Shown here one piece after another: positions 19,649-31,731 of a DNA stretch of 32,000 nt. A program made the translations under genes and the position numbers. The notes beneath the pieces were generated by a model. That model was given only the letters and a program-made list of their open reading frames with translations. It had not been told where the DNA came from and made no database searches. Location: the NCBI RefSeq assembly GCF_001457615.1, contig NZ_LN831024.1:4560001-4592000 (forward strand). The letters are read 5' to 3'. The stretch comes from Pseudomonas aeruginosa. GTDB taxonomy: Bacteria; Pseudomonadota; Gammaproteobacteria; Pseudomonadales; Pseudomonadaceae. The number at the start of each line of letters is the position of its first letter. Within the stretch, counting starts at the first letter, position 1.

Positions 19649-21439
19649 TCACATCTGTTGCAGATGTCCGTAGAGCCGGGCGTAGAGGCCGCCTTCGGCG
19701 ATCAGTTGCTGGTGGTCGCCGTCTTCGGCGATATGCCCGCCATCGAAGACCAGGACCCGGTCGGCCTGCTTCACCGCCGACAGCCGATGAGCCACGATCA
19801 ATGTGGTGCGGCCTTCGAGGAAGTCGCCGAGCGCCTGGTGCAGGGCGTACTCGGTAGCGGCGTCGAGGGCCGAGGTGGCCTCGTCGAGGATCACCACCTT
19901 GGGCTCGGCGAGGATCATCCGGGCGATCGCCAGGCGCTGCCGCTGACCGCCCGACAGGCGCACCCCGGAACGCCCGACCACGGTGTCCAGCCCCTGCGGC
20001 AGGCGCCGCACGCCGTCGGCCAACTGGGCGATCTCCAAAGCCCGCCAGCAGGCCTGGTCGCTGCGTTCGCGGCCCATGGTCAGGTTGGCCCGCACGCTGT
20101 CGTTGAACAGCGCCGGATGCTGGAGGACCACCGCGACATGTTCGCGCACGCAGTCCAGGCCGATTTCCTCCAGGGGCACCCCGCCGTAGCGGATGCTGCC
20201 GCGCTGCGCACTGTAGAGGCCGAGTAGCAGTTGCACCAGCGTGCTCTTGCCGCCGCCGCTGGCGCCGACCAGGGCAACCTTCTCGCCGGCGCCGATGTTC
20301 AGGTCCAACTGCTCCAGGACCTTGTCCTCGCCGTAGGCGAAATCCAGCCCGCGCACCTCGATGCCAACGGTCGTGCGGCCGGCGAACGGATCGCGCAGCG
20401 GCGGGTAGCGCGGCTCGTCGGCCCGCGCCAGCAACTCGTTGATCCGCTGCAACGCGCCGCCAGCGGCGTAGTAGGCGTATTGCAGGCCGAGCAGCTGTTC
20501 GACCGGACCGATCATGAACCAGAGGTAGCTGAACACCGCGAGCATCTGGCCGATCGACAGGTCCGAGAGCAGCACGGTAAGCATCGCCGCGGCGCGGAAC
20601 ACATCGATGCCGAACTGGAACAGCAGGCCGCTGGCGCGCCCGGCGGCGTCGCTTTTCCATTGCGAGGCCACGGCGTAGTCGCGGACTTCCTGGGCGCGGT
20701 GGCCGAGGCGGCCGAGGAAATAGCCCTGGCGATTGCCGGCGCGGACTTCCTGGATCGCCTCGAGGGTCTCGGTGAGCGCCTGGGTGAAGCGCGCGGTGCT
20801 GTCGTTCTCGAGCTTCTTGAGGTGCTTGACGCGCTTGCCCAGTTGTACCGTGGACCAGATCACCAGCGGGTTGAACAGCAGGATCAGCAAGGCCAGCTGC
20901 CAGTGCATCCAGACCAAGATCGCGGCGGTGCCGAGCAGCGTCAGCAAGGCGACCAGGAAGCGGCTGAGGGTTTCCCCGACGAACTTGTCCAGGGTATCCA
21001 GGTCGGTGACCAGGTGGGCGCTGATCGACCCGCCGCCGAGGGTTTCGTATTCGCCCAGGGCGATATGCCGGAGGCGCTCGATCAGACGCAGGCGGATGCG
21101 GTAGACGATGTCCTTGGACAGCCGCGCGAACAGCTTCGCCTGGAGCACGTTGAACACCAGCGCCGCCCCCCGCAACAGGAGGGTCGCCGCCAGCATCAGG
21201 CCGATGTAGCCGAACGCCACCTGCCAGTCGGCGGGCAACAGGCGGTCCATGAAACGCAGCGCGCCGTCGCCCTTGCCGAGCAGCACTTCGTCCACCAGCA
21301 ACGGCAGCAGCAAGGGGATCGGCACGGTGCAGAGGGTGGCCAGCACCGCCACCAGGTTGGCGAGCAACAGGGCTTTCTTGTGGCGCAGTGCGAGTCGACG
21401 AATCTCCGCCCAGCTCAGGCGGTCTCCGCGCTCACTCAT
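19649..21439 (-). CDS. ABC transporter, fused TM and ATPase (exporter type)
   Basis: 596 aa from MSERGDRLSWAEIRR; Walker A 'GASGGGKST', signature 'LSGGQRQRLAIARM', Walker B 'VVILDEATSALD'. The track ORF extends upstream into the neighbouring gene's antisense frame. Confidence 0.93.
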   Translation of the reverse strand: MSERGDRLSWAEIRRLALRHKKALLLANLVAVLATLCTVPIPLLLPLLVDEVLLGKGDGALRFMDRLLPADWQVAFGYIGLMLAATLLLRGAALVFNVLQAKLFARLSKDIVYRIRLRLIERLRHIALGEYETLGGGSISAHLVTDLDTLDKFVGETLSRFLVALLTLLGTAAILVWMHWQLALLILLFNPLVIWSTVQLGKRVKHLKKLENDSTARFTQALTETLEAIQEVRAGNRQGYFLGRLGHRAQEVRDYAVASQWKSDAAGRASGLLFQFGIDVFRAAAMLTVLLSDLSIGQMLAVFSYLWFMIGPVEQLLGLQYAYYAAGGALQRINELLARADEPRYPPLRDPFAGRTTVGIEVRGLDFAYGEDKVLEQLDLNIGAGEKVALVGASGGGKSTLVQLLLGLYSAQRGSIRYGGVPLEEIGLDCVREHVAVVLQHPALFNDSVRANLTMGRERSDQACWRALEIAQLADGVRRLPQGLDTVVGRSGVRLSGGQRQRLAIARMILAEPKVVILDEATSALDAATEYALHQALGDFLEGRTTLIVAHRLSAVKQADRVLVFDGGHIAEDGDHQQLIAEGGLYARLYGHLQQM

Positions 21440-22070
21440 GCCGGCCCCGTTCCAGCCAGCGGCCGAGCAAGGGTGAAAGTTCGGCAAGCGGCTGGTAGCC
21501 GTTGGTGAGCAACGCCAGTTGGCCGTTGCGCTCGGCCAGCAGGGTCGGGAACCCGGCGATGCCAAGGTCCTGGACCCAGGCGAAATCGGCGGCGGTGGCG
21601 TCACGCGCCTCGCCGCTGTCGAAGGCCGCGGCGAACTCGATGCGTGGAATTCCCACCGCTTCCGCCAGGCCGGCGAGCACCGCCGCCTGGGTGACATCGC
21701 GACCCTCGGCGTAGAACGCCCGCTGGATCGCCCTTACCAGCGGCCAGGCGCTTTCCTCGTCGAGGCTGCGCGCCGCCACCAGGGCCCGGCAGGCCGGCTC
21801 GGTGTCATAGACGAAGCCTTCGGGCAACGCGTCGTCGAAGCGGAACGGCTGGCCGGTGGTCTGCTGCACGGTCTGCCAGTGGCCGAGGATGTAGCCGCGG
21901 GTATTCGGGTCGAGCGCCGCGCCGTGGCCGGCGCGCAGGCCACCGGCTACCAGGTGGAAAGCGACGCCGTCGGCGGCCGCCTGCCGGGACAGCGCCTCGG
22001 CGACCGGGGCGAAGCCCCAGCACCAGGAGCACATGGGGTCCATCACGTACAGCAGGCGGGCCTTGGCCAA
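21432..22070 (-). CDS. DsbA/FrnE-family thioredoxin-fold oxidoreductase
   Basis: 212 aa; 'LLYVMDPMCSWCWGFAPVAEAL' CSWC redox motif. Confidence 0.87.
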   Translation of the reverse strand: MAKARLLYVMDPMCSWCWGFAPVAEALSRQAAADGVAFHLVAGGLRAGHGAALDPNTRGYILGHWQTVQQTTGQPFRFDDALPEGFVYDTEPACRALVAARSLDEESAWPLVRAIQRAFYAEGRDVTQAAVLAGLAEAVGIPRIEFAAAFDSGEARDATAADFAWVQDLGIAGFPTLLAERNGQLALLTNGYQPLAELSPLLGRWLERGRHE

Positions 22071-22073
22071 GGT

Positions 22074-23012
22074 TCAGTTCTCCAGCGTGGACTGGCGCGG
22101 ATCGCGACCGAGCGGGTGCGGCTGGTTGCGCTGCCGCGCCAGTTCGATCTGTTTCTGCCGCTCGCGGGCGCCGGCGCGGGTCTTCTCGCTCAGCGAGTCC
22201 CAGCAGTGCGGACAGCTGATGCCGGGCACGTAGTGCTCGGACTGGCGGTCCTCCAGCGAAACCGGGTTGCGGCAGGCGTGGCACTGATCGTACTCGCCCT
22301 CGCTAAGATCGTGGCGCACGGTCACGCGGTTGTCGAATACGAAGCAGTCGCCGCGCCACAGGCTCTGTTCCTGCGGCACCTCTTCGAGGTACTTGAGGAT
22401 GCCGCCCTTGAGGTGGAAGACCTCCTCGAAACCGGCGCCGAGCATGTAGCTGGAAGCCTTCTCGCAGCGGATGCCGCCGGTGCAGAACATCGCCACCTTC
22501 TTGTGCCGCGCCGGGTCGTAGTGGGCCTTGATGTACTCGGGGAACTCGCGGAACGACCTGGTCTTCGGATCGACCGCGCCCTCGAAGGTGCCGATCGCCA
22601 CCTCGTAGTCGTTGCGGGTATCGATCAGCAGGACTTCCGGATCGCTGATCAGGGCATTCCAGTCCTTCGCCTCGACATACTGGCCGACCTGCTTGTTCGG
22701 ATCGACGCCAGGCACGCCGAGGGTGACGATTTCCTTCTTCAGCTTGACCTTGGTGCGGTAGAAGGGCTGTTCGTCGCAGTAGGATTCCTTGTGCTCGATA
22801 TCGGCCAGCCGGGGATCGCTGCGCAGCCAGGCGAACAGCGCATCGATGCCTTCGCGGCTACCGGAGACGGTGCCGTTGATGCCTTCCTCGGCCAGCAGCA
22901 AGGTGCCTTTCACACCGTTGTCGAGCAGGGTTTGCAGCAGGGGTTCACGCAGCGCCACGTAATCGTCGAGAGTCACGAACTTGTACAGCGCCGCCACGAC
23001 GATGGATGTCAT
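22074..23012 (-). CDS. trhO: rhodanese-domain tRNA uridine(34) hydroxylase TrhO (YceA-like)
   Basis: 312 aa from [18 protein letters not shown]; '[42 protein letters not shown]'; C-terminal Cys cluster 'CHACRNPV...CPHC'. Confidence 0.93.
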
Positions 23013-23061
23013 GGGGATATAGCCTCCAGGTGGTCGCCCGCGTAAAGGGCGGACCGGAACG

Positions 23062-23082
23062 AAAAGCGCCAGCCGCTGGCGC
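23062..23082 (-). terminator. Probable Rho-independent terminator between bolA-like and trhO
   Basis: Minus strand GCGCCAG-CGG-CTGGCGC-TTTTC (23066-23082 stem). Confidence 0.6.
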
Positions 23083-23176
23083 CATGGAAACGACAACGCC
23101 GGCGGAAGGCCGGCGCTGGGTGCGTAGTCTAGCGCAGCAGGGGCAGGCTCTGCACCCCGCCGCGACGGACGCCGTC

Positions 23177-23482
23177 TCAGGGTATGTCGTGCTTGCTCCC
23201 GCCGCGGCAGGTCGGCGAGGCCGGCACCGCAGCCTGGCTCCACTCCTCAGGGGTGAAGGTATGCAGCGCCAGGGCGTGGAACTCGCCCATCAACCCACCG
23301 AGGGTGGCATATACCTTCTGGTGCCGCTTCACCGCGTTCAACCCGGCGAACTGCGGGCTGACCAGCACCACCTTGAAGTGGGTCTCCAGCCCGCGGCTGT
23401 GCATGTGGCTCTCGTCGAGCACCTCGACGTGTTGCGGATCGAGGGGCTGCAGGGCGGTCTGGATACGGTCACGCATGCTCAT
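23177..23482 (-). CDS. BolA-family protein
   Basis: 101 aa; '[60 protein letters not shown]'. Confidence 0.93.
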
Positions 23483-23495
23483 CGCGAATCACGAC

Positions 23496-24005
23496 TCACT
23501 TTTTCTTCTGGGCCGGCGCGGCGACGCCGAGTTCCTTGTCCATGTCGGCCATCAGCTTGTTCACCGGCTCGACGGCGCCTTGCAGCTTGGCCTGGGTCAG
23601 TTGGGCGGATTCGGCGGTCAGGCGCGGCATCTTCTCCAGCACCTTCTTGCCCAGCGGCGACTGGTAGAAGGCATTCAGGTCCTTCAGCTCGGACTCGGTG
23701 AAGTTGGTGGTGTAGAGCTTGATCAGCTCGGGCTTGATCTTGTCCCAGCCGATGGCGCGGTCCAGCTCGGCATTGGCCTTGGCCTGGTAACGCTCGAGAA
23801 CCGCCTTCTTGCTCTCCGGCGCCTTGGCCTGGGCGAAGCGCTGGGCCAGCATCTGCTGCACCTGGGCATAGACCGGGACCGTCAGCTTGTCAGCATGGAC
23901 CAGCTTGAGGAATTGCTCGGCCTGGCTGGCGGAATCGGCCATGGCCATGGCCATGGAGCTGAGGCTGAGCAGCACGGCGCTGCCGATGAGGCGAAGACGG
24001 GTCAT
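23496..24005 (-). CDS. DUF2059 periplasmic protein
   Basis: 169 aa from MTRLRLIGSAVLLSLSSMAMAMA (signal peptide); 'FTESELKDLNAFYQSPLGKKVLEKMPRL' DUF2059-like. Confidence 0.87.
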   Translation of the reverse strand: MTRLRLIGSAVLLSLSSMAMAMADSASQAEQFLKLVHADKLTVPVYAQVQQMLAQRFAQAKAPESKKAVLERYQAKANAELDRAIGWDKIKPELIKLYTTNFTESELKDLNAFYQSPLGKKVLEKMPRLTAESAQLTQAKLQGAVEPVNKLMADMDKELGVAAPAQKKK

Positions 24006-24217
24006 GGAAAATCCTTGAGGTTGGGTAGATGTGTCCGTGGGACCCGACATTCTGCGCCTAAGTTCGAAATCCGCTCAAGCGCGGCGCCGAATATCGGGAG
24101 AATCCTATCCGGCGCCCGCCCGCTCCATGCCGTCTACTATCAGTTCTGTAGTGGGTACTTGCCGCCTTCCTTCCGCAGCCGGCATGCTTGCGTCAGCCTG
24201 TCACATGGATGTGTTAG

Positions 24218-25237
24218 ATGAACGGAACCGCCGCCGATACCCTCGCCGTATCGCCCCCGCCCCTGCGCAACCTCTGCGACAGCCACGGCCGGCTCGATCC
24301 CCGGGCGGTCGGCTGGTCCGCCCGGCCGCGGGTGCTCTGCCACATCCCCGGCCACTTCGGCCGGCGCAAGCGCTGGAACCACTGGTGCATCGTCAGCCCC
24401 GGCTGGATGCTCTCGCTGACCATCGCCGACCTCGACTACCTGACCTACGGCGCCGCCTATTTCCTCGACCTGGACAGCGGCCAGGCGGTAGCGCACACGC
24501 AGATCCGCTTCTTCGGCCTCGGCTGCCAGTTGCCCGACGAGCCGCAGGCCAGCCATGCCTTCGAGCATCCCCGCCTGCAATTGCGCTTCGACGAACAGCC
24601 CGGGCGCCTGCGCGTCACCGGCCAGGCCCCGGACCTCGGTGGCCTGCCGCTGGAGCTGGCGCTGGAAGTGCGACGACCGTCGCACCTGGAGTCGGTGAAC
24701 CTGGTGGTGCCGATGGGCGAACACACCTTCCATGCCTGCAGCCGCCAGCTCGGCCTGCCGATCAGCGGCTGCCTGCAGCTCGGCCGCCGACGCTACGACT
24801 GCCAGGCGGGCCAGAGCTTCGCCGCGCTGGACTTCGGCCGCGGCGTCTGGCCGCTGCATACCTACTGGACCCGCGCCGCCTTCGCCGCCCCCGGCGGCAT
24901 CGCCGGCAACTTCGGCACCGGCTGGACCGAAGCCAGCGACCTGCGCGAGAACGCCCTGTGGTTCGGCGGCAAGCTCAGCCGCGTGCTCGACGACGTGCAC
25001 ATCCGCGAGCCTCGCGACCCGCTGGCCGAATGGCGCCTGGACAGCGCCTGCGGTCGCGTCGAGCTGCTCTTCCGTCCCGAACAGCTGCACCAGGCGCGGC
25101 CCAGCGTCGGCCTGTTCTATGCCAATACCCGCCAGTGGTTCGGCCGTTTCAACGGCACCCTGCGCCACGACGACGGCGACTGCGTGCCGGTGGACGGCGC
25201 CCTCGGCTGGATCGGTTCGACCCGCGCGCGCTGGTGA
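24218..25237 (+). CDS. DUF2804-type conserved protein
   Basis: 339 aa; 'RRWNHWCIVSPGWMLSLTIADLDYLTYGAAYFLDL', 'FGGKLSRVLDDVHI', resembles DUF2804 proteins. Confidence 0.75.
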   Translation: MNGTAADTLAVSPPPLRNLCDSHGRLDPRAVGWSARPRVLCHIPGHFGRRKRWNHWCIVSPGWMLSLTIADLDYLTYGAAYFLDLDSGQAVAHTQIRFFGLGCQLPDEPQASHAFEHPRLQLRFDEQPGRLRVTGQAPDLGGLPLELALEVRRPSHLESVNLVVPMGEHTFHACSRQLGLPISGCLQLGRRRYDCQAGQSFAALDFGRGVWPLHTYWTRAAFAAPGGIAGNFGTGWTEASDLRENALWFGGKLSRVLDDVHIREPRDPLAEWRLDSACGRVELLFRPEQLHQARPSVGLFYANTRQWFGRFNGTLRHDDGDCVPVDGALGWIGSTRARW

Positions 25238-25365
25238 GGCCGGCGGCGGGCAATCTATTTCCGACCCGCAGCGCGGCGAAAAATGCCCACGAGGAAGCGA
25301 CGGCAGCGGAACCCAAGGCGGGAGCGAAGGCCTAAACTGCCGGATACGCACCCTGGAGAACACTC

Positions 25366-26752
<1,387 letters not shown>

Positions 26753-26760
<8 letters not shown>

Positions 26761-27376
26761 AACCGCCAAGACCGGCGCCACCCCGCTGGAAGGCGACGGC
26801 AAGCGCATCCTGCTGATCGTCGGCTCGCCCAAGCGCAAGAGCTTCTGCCACCTGCTCGCCGAATGCTACGCCCAGGGCGCGCGCAGCAAGGATCACGTGG
26901 TGCGCGAACTGAAGCTGGGCGAGCTGGCCTTCGACCCGATCCTCCACGAAGGCTACGAACAGAGCCAGGTGCTCGAACCCGACCTGCTGGAAGCGCAGCG
27001 GCAGATCCACTGGGCCGAGCACCTGGTGTTCGTCTACCCGGTCTGGTGGGGCGGCCTGCCGGCGCTGCTGCAGGGCTTCTTCGACCGCGCCCTGCAGCCG
27101 GGCTTCGCCTTCCGCTACCGCGGCACCCAGGACAAGGACTGGGAGCAACTGCTGGGCGGGCGCAGCGCCGACCTGCTGGTCTGCCACGACCAGCCGCTGT
27201 CGCGGCTGCGCTTCCTCAAGGGCCCGCCGGCGCACCGGCAGATGGTGCGCAGCGTGCTCGGCGCCTGTGGCATCGCCACCCGCCGCCTGGAAGAGTTCGC
27301 GCCGATGCGCAGTTCCAGCGAGGAACAGCGCCAGGGCTGGCTGCGTCGCGCCGAACAGCTCGGCAGCCAGGTCTAG
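26753..27376 (+). CDS. NAD(P)H-dependent flavodoxin-fold oxidoreductase (NQO-like)
   Basis: 207 aa; '[20 protein letters not shown]...', '[33 protein letters not shown]'. ATG overlaps the fumC stop by 8 nt. Confidence 0.9.
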
Positions 27377-27562
27377 TTCCCTTCCCGCCCGGCTGCGGCC
27401 GGGCGCGGACACTGATCGTTCTGACAGGTCCGCCACCTTCCCGCCGGCTTCCCTTCCCCGCCCCCATGGCGGCCCTTTGCCTGCCTCTACCGGCTCACAG
27501 TGCGGGTGCCGACCGCTTTGCATTCCGCGACATCCATCAGGAATGGGTAGCGAATCTGACCG

Positions 27563-27582
27563 GCCCGTCACATTTGGTAGGG
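27563..27582. promoter_or_regulatory. Possible degenerate las/rhl box upstream of cbpD
   Basis: GCCCGTCACATTTGGTAGGG; the right half resembles LasR/RhlR sites but the left half is weak. cbpD is known to be quorum-sensing regulated. Confidence 0.35.
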
Positions 27583-27655
27583 ACCTCAAACCGGCACCGA
27601 GGGCTAGGATCAGCCCGCTTCGAAATGAATCCGGTTCTGGAAAAAAGGACTTGTC

Positions 27656-28825
27656 ATGAAACACTACTCAGCCACCCTGGCACTCCTGCCACTCACCCTC
27701 GCCCTGTTCCTGCCCCAGGCAGCCCATGCCCACGGCTCGATGGAAACGCCGCCCAGTCGGGTCTACGGCTGCTTCCTCGAAGGTCCGGAGAATCCCAAGT
27801 CGGCCGCCTGCAAGGCCGCCGTCGCCGCCGGCGGCACCCAGGCGCTGTACGACTGGAATGGCGTCAACCAGGGCAACGCCAACGGCAACCACCAGGCGGT
27901 GGTCCCCGACGGCCAGCTCTGCGGCGCCGGCAAGGCACTGTTCAAGGGCCTGAACCTGGCTCGCAGCGACTGGCCCAGCACTGCCATCGCGCCGGACGCC
28001 AGCGGCAACTTCCAGTTCGTCTACAAGGCCAGCGCGCCGCACGCGACCCGCTACTTCGACTTCTACATCACCAAGGACGGCTACAACCCCGAGAAGCCGC
28101 TGGCCTGGAGCGACCTGGAACCCGCGCCGTTCTGCTCGATCACCAGCGTCAAGCTGGAGAACGGCACCTACCGGATGAACTGCCCGCTGCCCCAGGGCAA
28201 GACCGGCAAGCATGTGATCTATAACGTCTGGCAGCGCTCGGACAGCCCGGAAGCCTTCTACGCCTGCATCGACGTGAGCTTCAGCGGCGCCGTCGCCAAC
28301 CCCTGGCAAGCGCTGGGCAACCTGCGCGCGCAGCAGGACCTGCCAGCCGGTGCTACCGTCACCCTGCGTCTGTTCGATGCCCAGGGCCGCGACGCCCAGC
28401 GTCACAGCCTGACCCTGGCCCAGGGCGCCAACGGTGCCAAGCAATGGCCGCTGGCGCTGGCGCAGAAGGTCAACCAGGACTCCACCCTGGTCAACATCGG
28501 CGTGCTGGATGCCTACGGGGCGGTCAGCCCGGTGGCCAGCTCGCAGGACAACCAGGTCTACGTGCGCCAGGCCGGCTACCGCTTCCAGATCGACATCGAA
28601 CTGCCGGTCGAGGGCGGCGGCGAGCAACCGGGCGGCGACGGCAAGGTCGACTTCGACTATCCGCAAGGCCTGCAGCAATACGACGCCGGGACCGTAGTGC
28701 GCGGTGCCGATGGCAAGCGCTACCAGTGCAAGCCCTACCCGAACTCCGGCTGGTGCAAGGGCTGGGACCTCTACTACGCCCCGGGCAAGGGCATGGCCTG
28801 GCAGGACGCCTGGACCCTGCTGTAA
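27656..28825 (+). CDS. cbpD: chitin-binding protein CbpD, AA10 lytic polysaccharide monooxygenase
   Basis: 389 aa; signal peptide then mature 'HGSMETPPSRVYGCF' (N-terminal His), AA10 domain, GbpA-like middle module and C-terminal chitin-binding module 'QYDAGTVVRGADGKRYQCKPYPNSGWC'. Confidence 0.96.
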   Translation: MKHYSATLALLPLTLALFLPQAAHAHGSMETPPSRVYGCFLEGPENPKSAACKAAVAAGGTQALYDWNGVNQGNANGNHQAVVPDGQLCGAGKALFKGLNLARSDWPSTAIAPDASGNFQFVYKASAPHATRYFDFYITKDGYNPEKPLAWSDLEPAPFCSITSVKLENGTYRMNCPLPQGKTGKHVIYNVWQRSDSPEAFYACIDVSFSGAVANPWQALGNLRAQQDLPAGATVTLRLFDAQGRDAQRHSLTLAQGANGAKQWPLALAQKVNQDSTLVNIGVLDAYGAVSPVASSQDNQVYVRQAGYRFQIDIELPVEGGGEQPGGDGKVDFDYPQGLQQYDAGTVVRGADGKRYQCKPYPNSGWCKGWDLYYAPGKGMAWQDAWTLL

Positions 28826-28831
28826 CGCCCT

Positions 28832-28864
28832 CGACTGCCGCCCGCTCCGGGCGGCAGTCGTTTT
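28832..28864 (+). terminator. Rho-independent terminator after cbpD
   Basis: CGACTGCCGCCC-GCTCC-GGGCGGCAGTCG-TTTT, perfect 12-bp stem. Confidence 0.88.
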
Positions 28865-29001
28865 CGCCGCCAGGCACCCGCCGCGAGACGGCGAATCCGC
28901 GCAACGGTACAGTCCCCCGGCGAAACCCTGGCTACGTGTGCCTGTTCAATCTGCCGTGCGCTCCCTAGGCTGGTCCGACCACCAGCACGGGGAAACCACG
29001 C

Positions 29002-29964
29002 ATGCCTTTTTCTCTCGCCGCCCTCCAACAGGCCGCCGCCATCGTCCACCAGAGCCTGCCGCCGACGCCGCAGATACGCTGGCCGCTGCTATGCGAGGCA
29101 CTGGGTTGCGAAGTGTGGATGAAGCACGAGAACCACCTGCCGGTGGGGGCCTTCAAACTGCGCGGCGGCCTGGTGTATTTCCACCACCTGGCGCACCAGG
29201 GCGAGCGGCCGGCCGCCGTGATCAGCGCGACCCGCGGCAACCACGGCCAGTCGGTGGCCTTCTCGGCGAGCCGCTACGGCATCCAGCCGATCATCGTCGT
29301 GCCGCACGGCAACAGCCGCGAGAAGAACGCGGCGATGCGCAGCCTTGGCGCGGAGCTGATCGAGCACGGCGAGGACTTCCAGGCCTCCCGCGAATACGCC
29401 GCCGAGCGCGCCCGGCGCGAAGGCCTGCACCTGATTCCGGCGTTCCATCCCTGGCTGGTGGCCGGGGTCGCCAGCTACAGCCTGGAGTTGTTCGCCGCGC
29501 TGGCCGACCTTGACGAAGTCTACGTGCCGATCGGTATGGGTTCGGGCATCTGCGGCCTGATCGCCGCGCGCGACGCGCTGGGCCTGAAGACCCGCATCGT
29601 CGGCGTAGTGTCCGCCCATGCGCCGGCCTACGCCCTGTCGTTCGAGGCCGGCACGGCGATCAGCCACCCGGTCGACACCCGCCTGGCCGACGGCATGGCG
29701 TGCAGTACGCCGGACCCGAGCGCGCTGGAAATGATCCTGGCCGGTGCCGATCGTCTGGTGCGGGTCAGCGACAGGGAGATCGGCGCGGCCATGCGCCTGT
29801 GCTTCACCAGCACCCACAACGTCGCCGAGGGCGCCGGGGTGGCGGCGCTGGCCGCCGCCTGGCAGGAGCGCGAGCGCCTGAAGGGGCTGAAGGTAGGCCT
29901 GATCCTCAGCGGAGCGAACGTCGACCGCGAGGTATTCGCCGAGCAACTGGCCGCCGGCGACTGA
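29002..29964 (+). CDS. PLP-dependent threonine/serine dehydratase-like enzyme
   Basis: 320 aa; 'KHENHLPVGAFKLRGG' PLP lysine; 'SATRGNHGQSVAFSASRYG'; 'PIGMGSGICG'. Confidence 0.92.
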   Translation: MPFSLAALQQAAAIVHQSLPPTPQIRWPLLCEALGCEVWMKHENHLPVGAFKLRGGLVYFHHLAHQGERPAAVISATRGNHGQSVAFSASRYGIQPIIVVPHGNSREKNAAMRSLGAELIEHGEDFQASREYAAERARREGLHLIPAFHPWLVAGVASYSLELFAALADLDEVYVPIGMGSGICGLIAARDALGLKTRIVGVVSAHAPAYALSFEAGTAISHPVDTRLADGMACSTPDPSALEMILAGADRLVRVSDREIGAAMRLCFTSTHNVAEGAGVAALAAAWQERERLKGLKVGLILSGANVDREVFAEQLAAGD

Positions 29965-29974
29965 GCCGGCGCCG

Positions 29975-30394
29975 CTAGGCCAGCCCCGCGAGGAGCAGCA
30001 GCCACCAGGCGAGCACCAGCAACTGCACGAAGAAGCCGGCAAAACGCAGCCAGACGAACAGCGCGGAGGTGCTGACCAGGTGCATCAGCGACTGGAACAG
30101 CCGGGCGCCGAGCACCAGCGGCGCCAACGGGTCGGTCAGGCTGCTCTGCCCGCTGGCGATCGCGTAGAGCAGCGCGCCGGCCAGCAGCGGCAGGTTCTCC
30201 ACGCAGTTGGCATGGACTCGCACCAGCCGCTGGCCGAAACCGCCAGGCGTGTTGCTGCCATCGGCGGCGAAGGCGTTCACCGCCATCCGCCCGCCGAGTA
30301 CCAGCAGGCCGCGCTGGCTGACCAGCAGGAAGACCAGCAACAGGGTCCAGGCGATCAGGCCGAGCAGGCAGATCGCGCTAGGGCTGAGAAACAT
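29975..30394 (-). CDS. MAPEG-family membrane protein
   Basis: 139 aa, four hydrophobic segments; 'RVHANCVENLPLLAGALLYAI' MAPEG-like motif. Confidence 0.82.
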   Translation of the reverse strand: MFLSPSAICLLGLIAWTLLLVFLLVSQRGLLVLGGRMAVNAFAADGSNTPGGFGQRLVRVHANCVENLPLLAGALLYAIASGQSSLTDPLAPLVLGARLFQSLMHLVSTSALFVWLRFAGFFVQLLVLAWWLLLLAGLA

Positions 30395-30586
30395 GGATGA
30401 CGCTCCTTCTATTGTGTTGTCGTGGGAAGGATGAAGCGTCTGGATTCTAGGCCGGCTAGAGCAATTGCTCTATTCGCAGTCCGCCGTCCTTAAGTCGTGT
30501 TCTGCCGGCACGCCGCTCGGCCCCGATGTACGCCGTCGGCGGATGCGTAACCGGACGACCCACTGCCCGCGGCCTTCCGAACGGAC

Positions 30587-30612
30587 AAAGAAAAGCCCCG
30601 CCGAAGCGGGGC
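30587..30612 (-). terminator. Rho-independent terminator after trxB
   Basis: Minus strand GCCCCGC-TTCG-GCGGGGC-TTTTCTTTG, UUCG tetraloop. Confidence 0.92.
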
Positions 30613-30647
30613 CTTCCTTGCACGCAGCACTCAGGGCTGTCTTCTCA

Positions 30648-31619
<972 letters not shown>

Positions 31620-31731
31620 TCAGCGTCGGCGCGAATAAAAACGGGGCCACCAAAGCACATGGGGAAGGCTTGGAAGGAGCGGTCGCCCCGGGAAAAGGTC
31701 GGCCGGGCACACTTCGCGCCCGGCATCGGGA

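Noticed and set aside
20231-21508. 425-aa ORF antisense to the ABC transporter
   Set aside because: Shadow ORF of high GC coding DNA; low-complexity Gln/Ala/Arg-rich translation.
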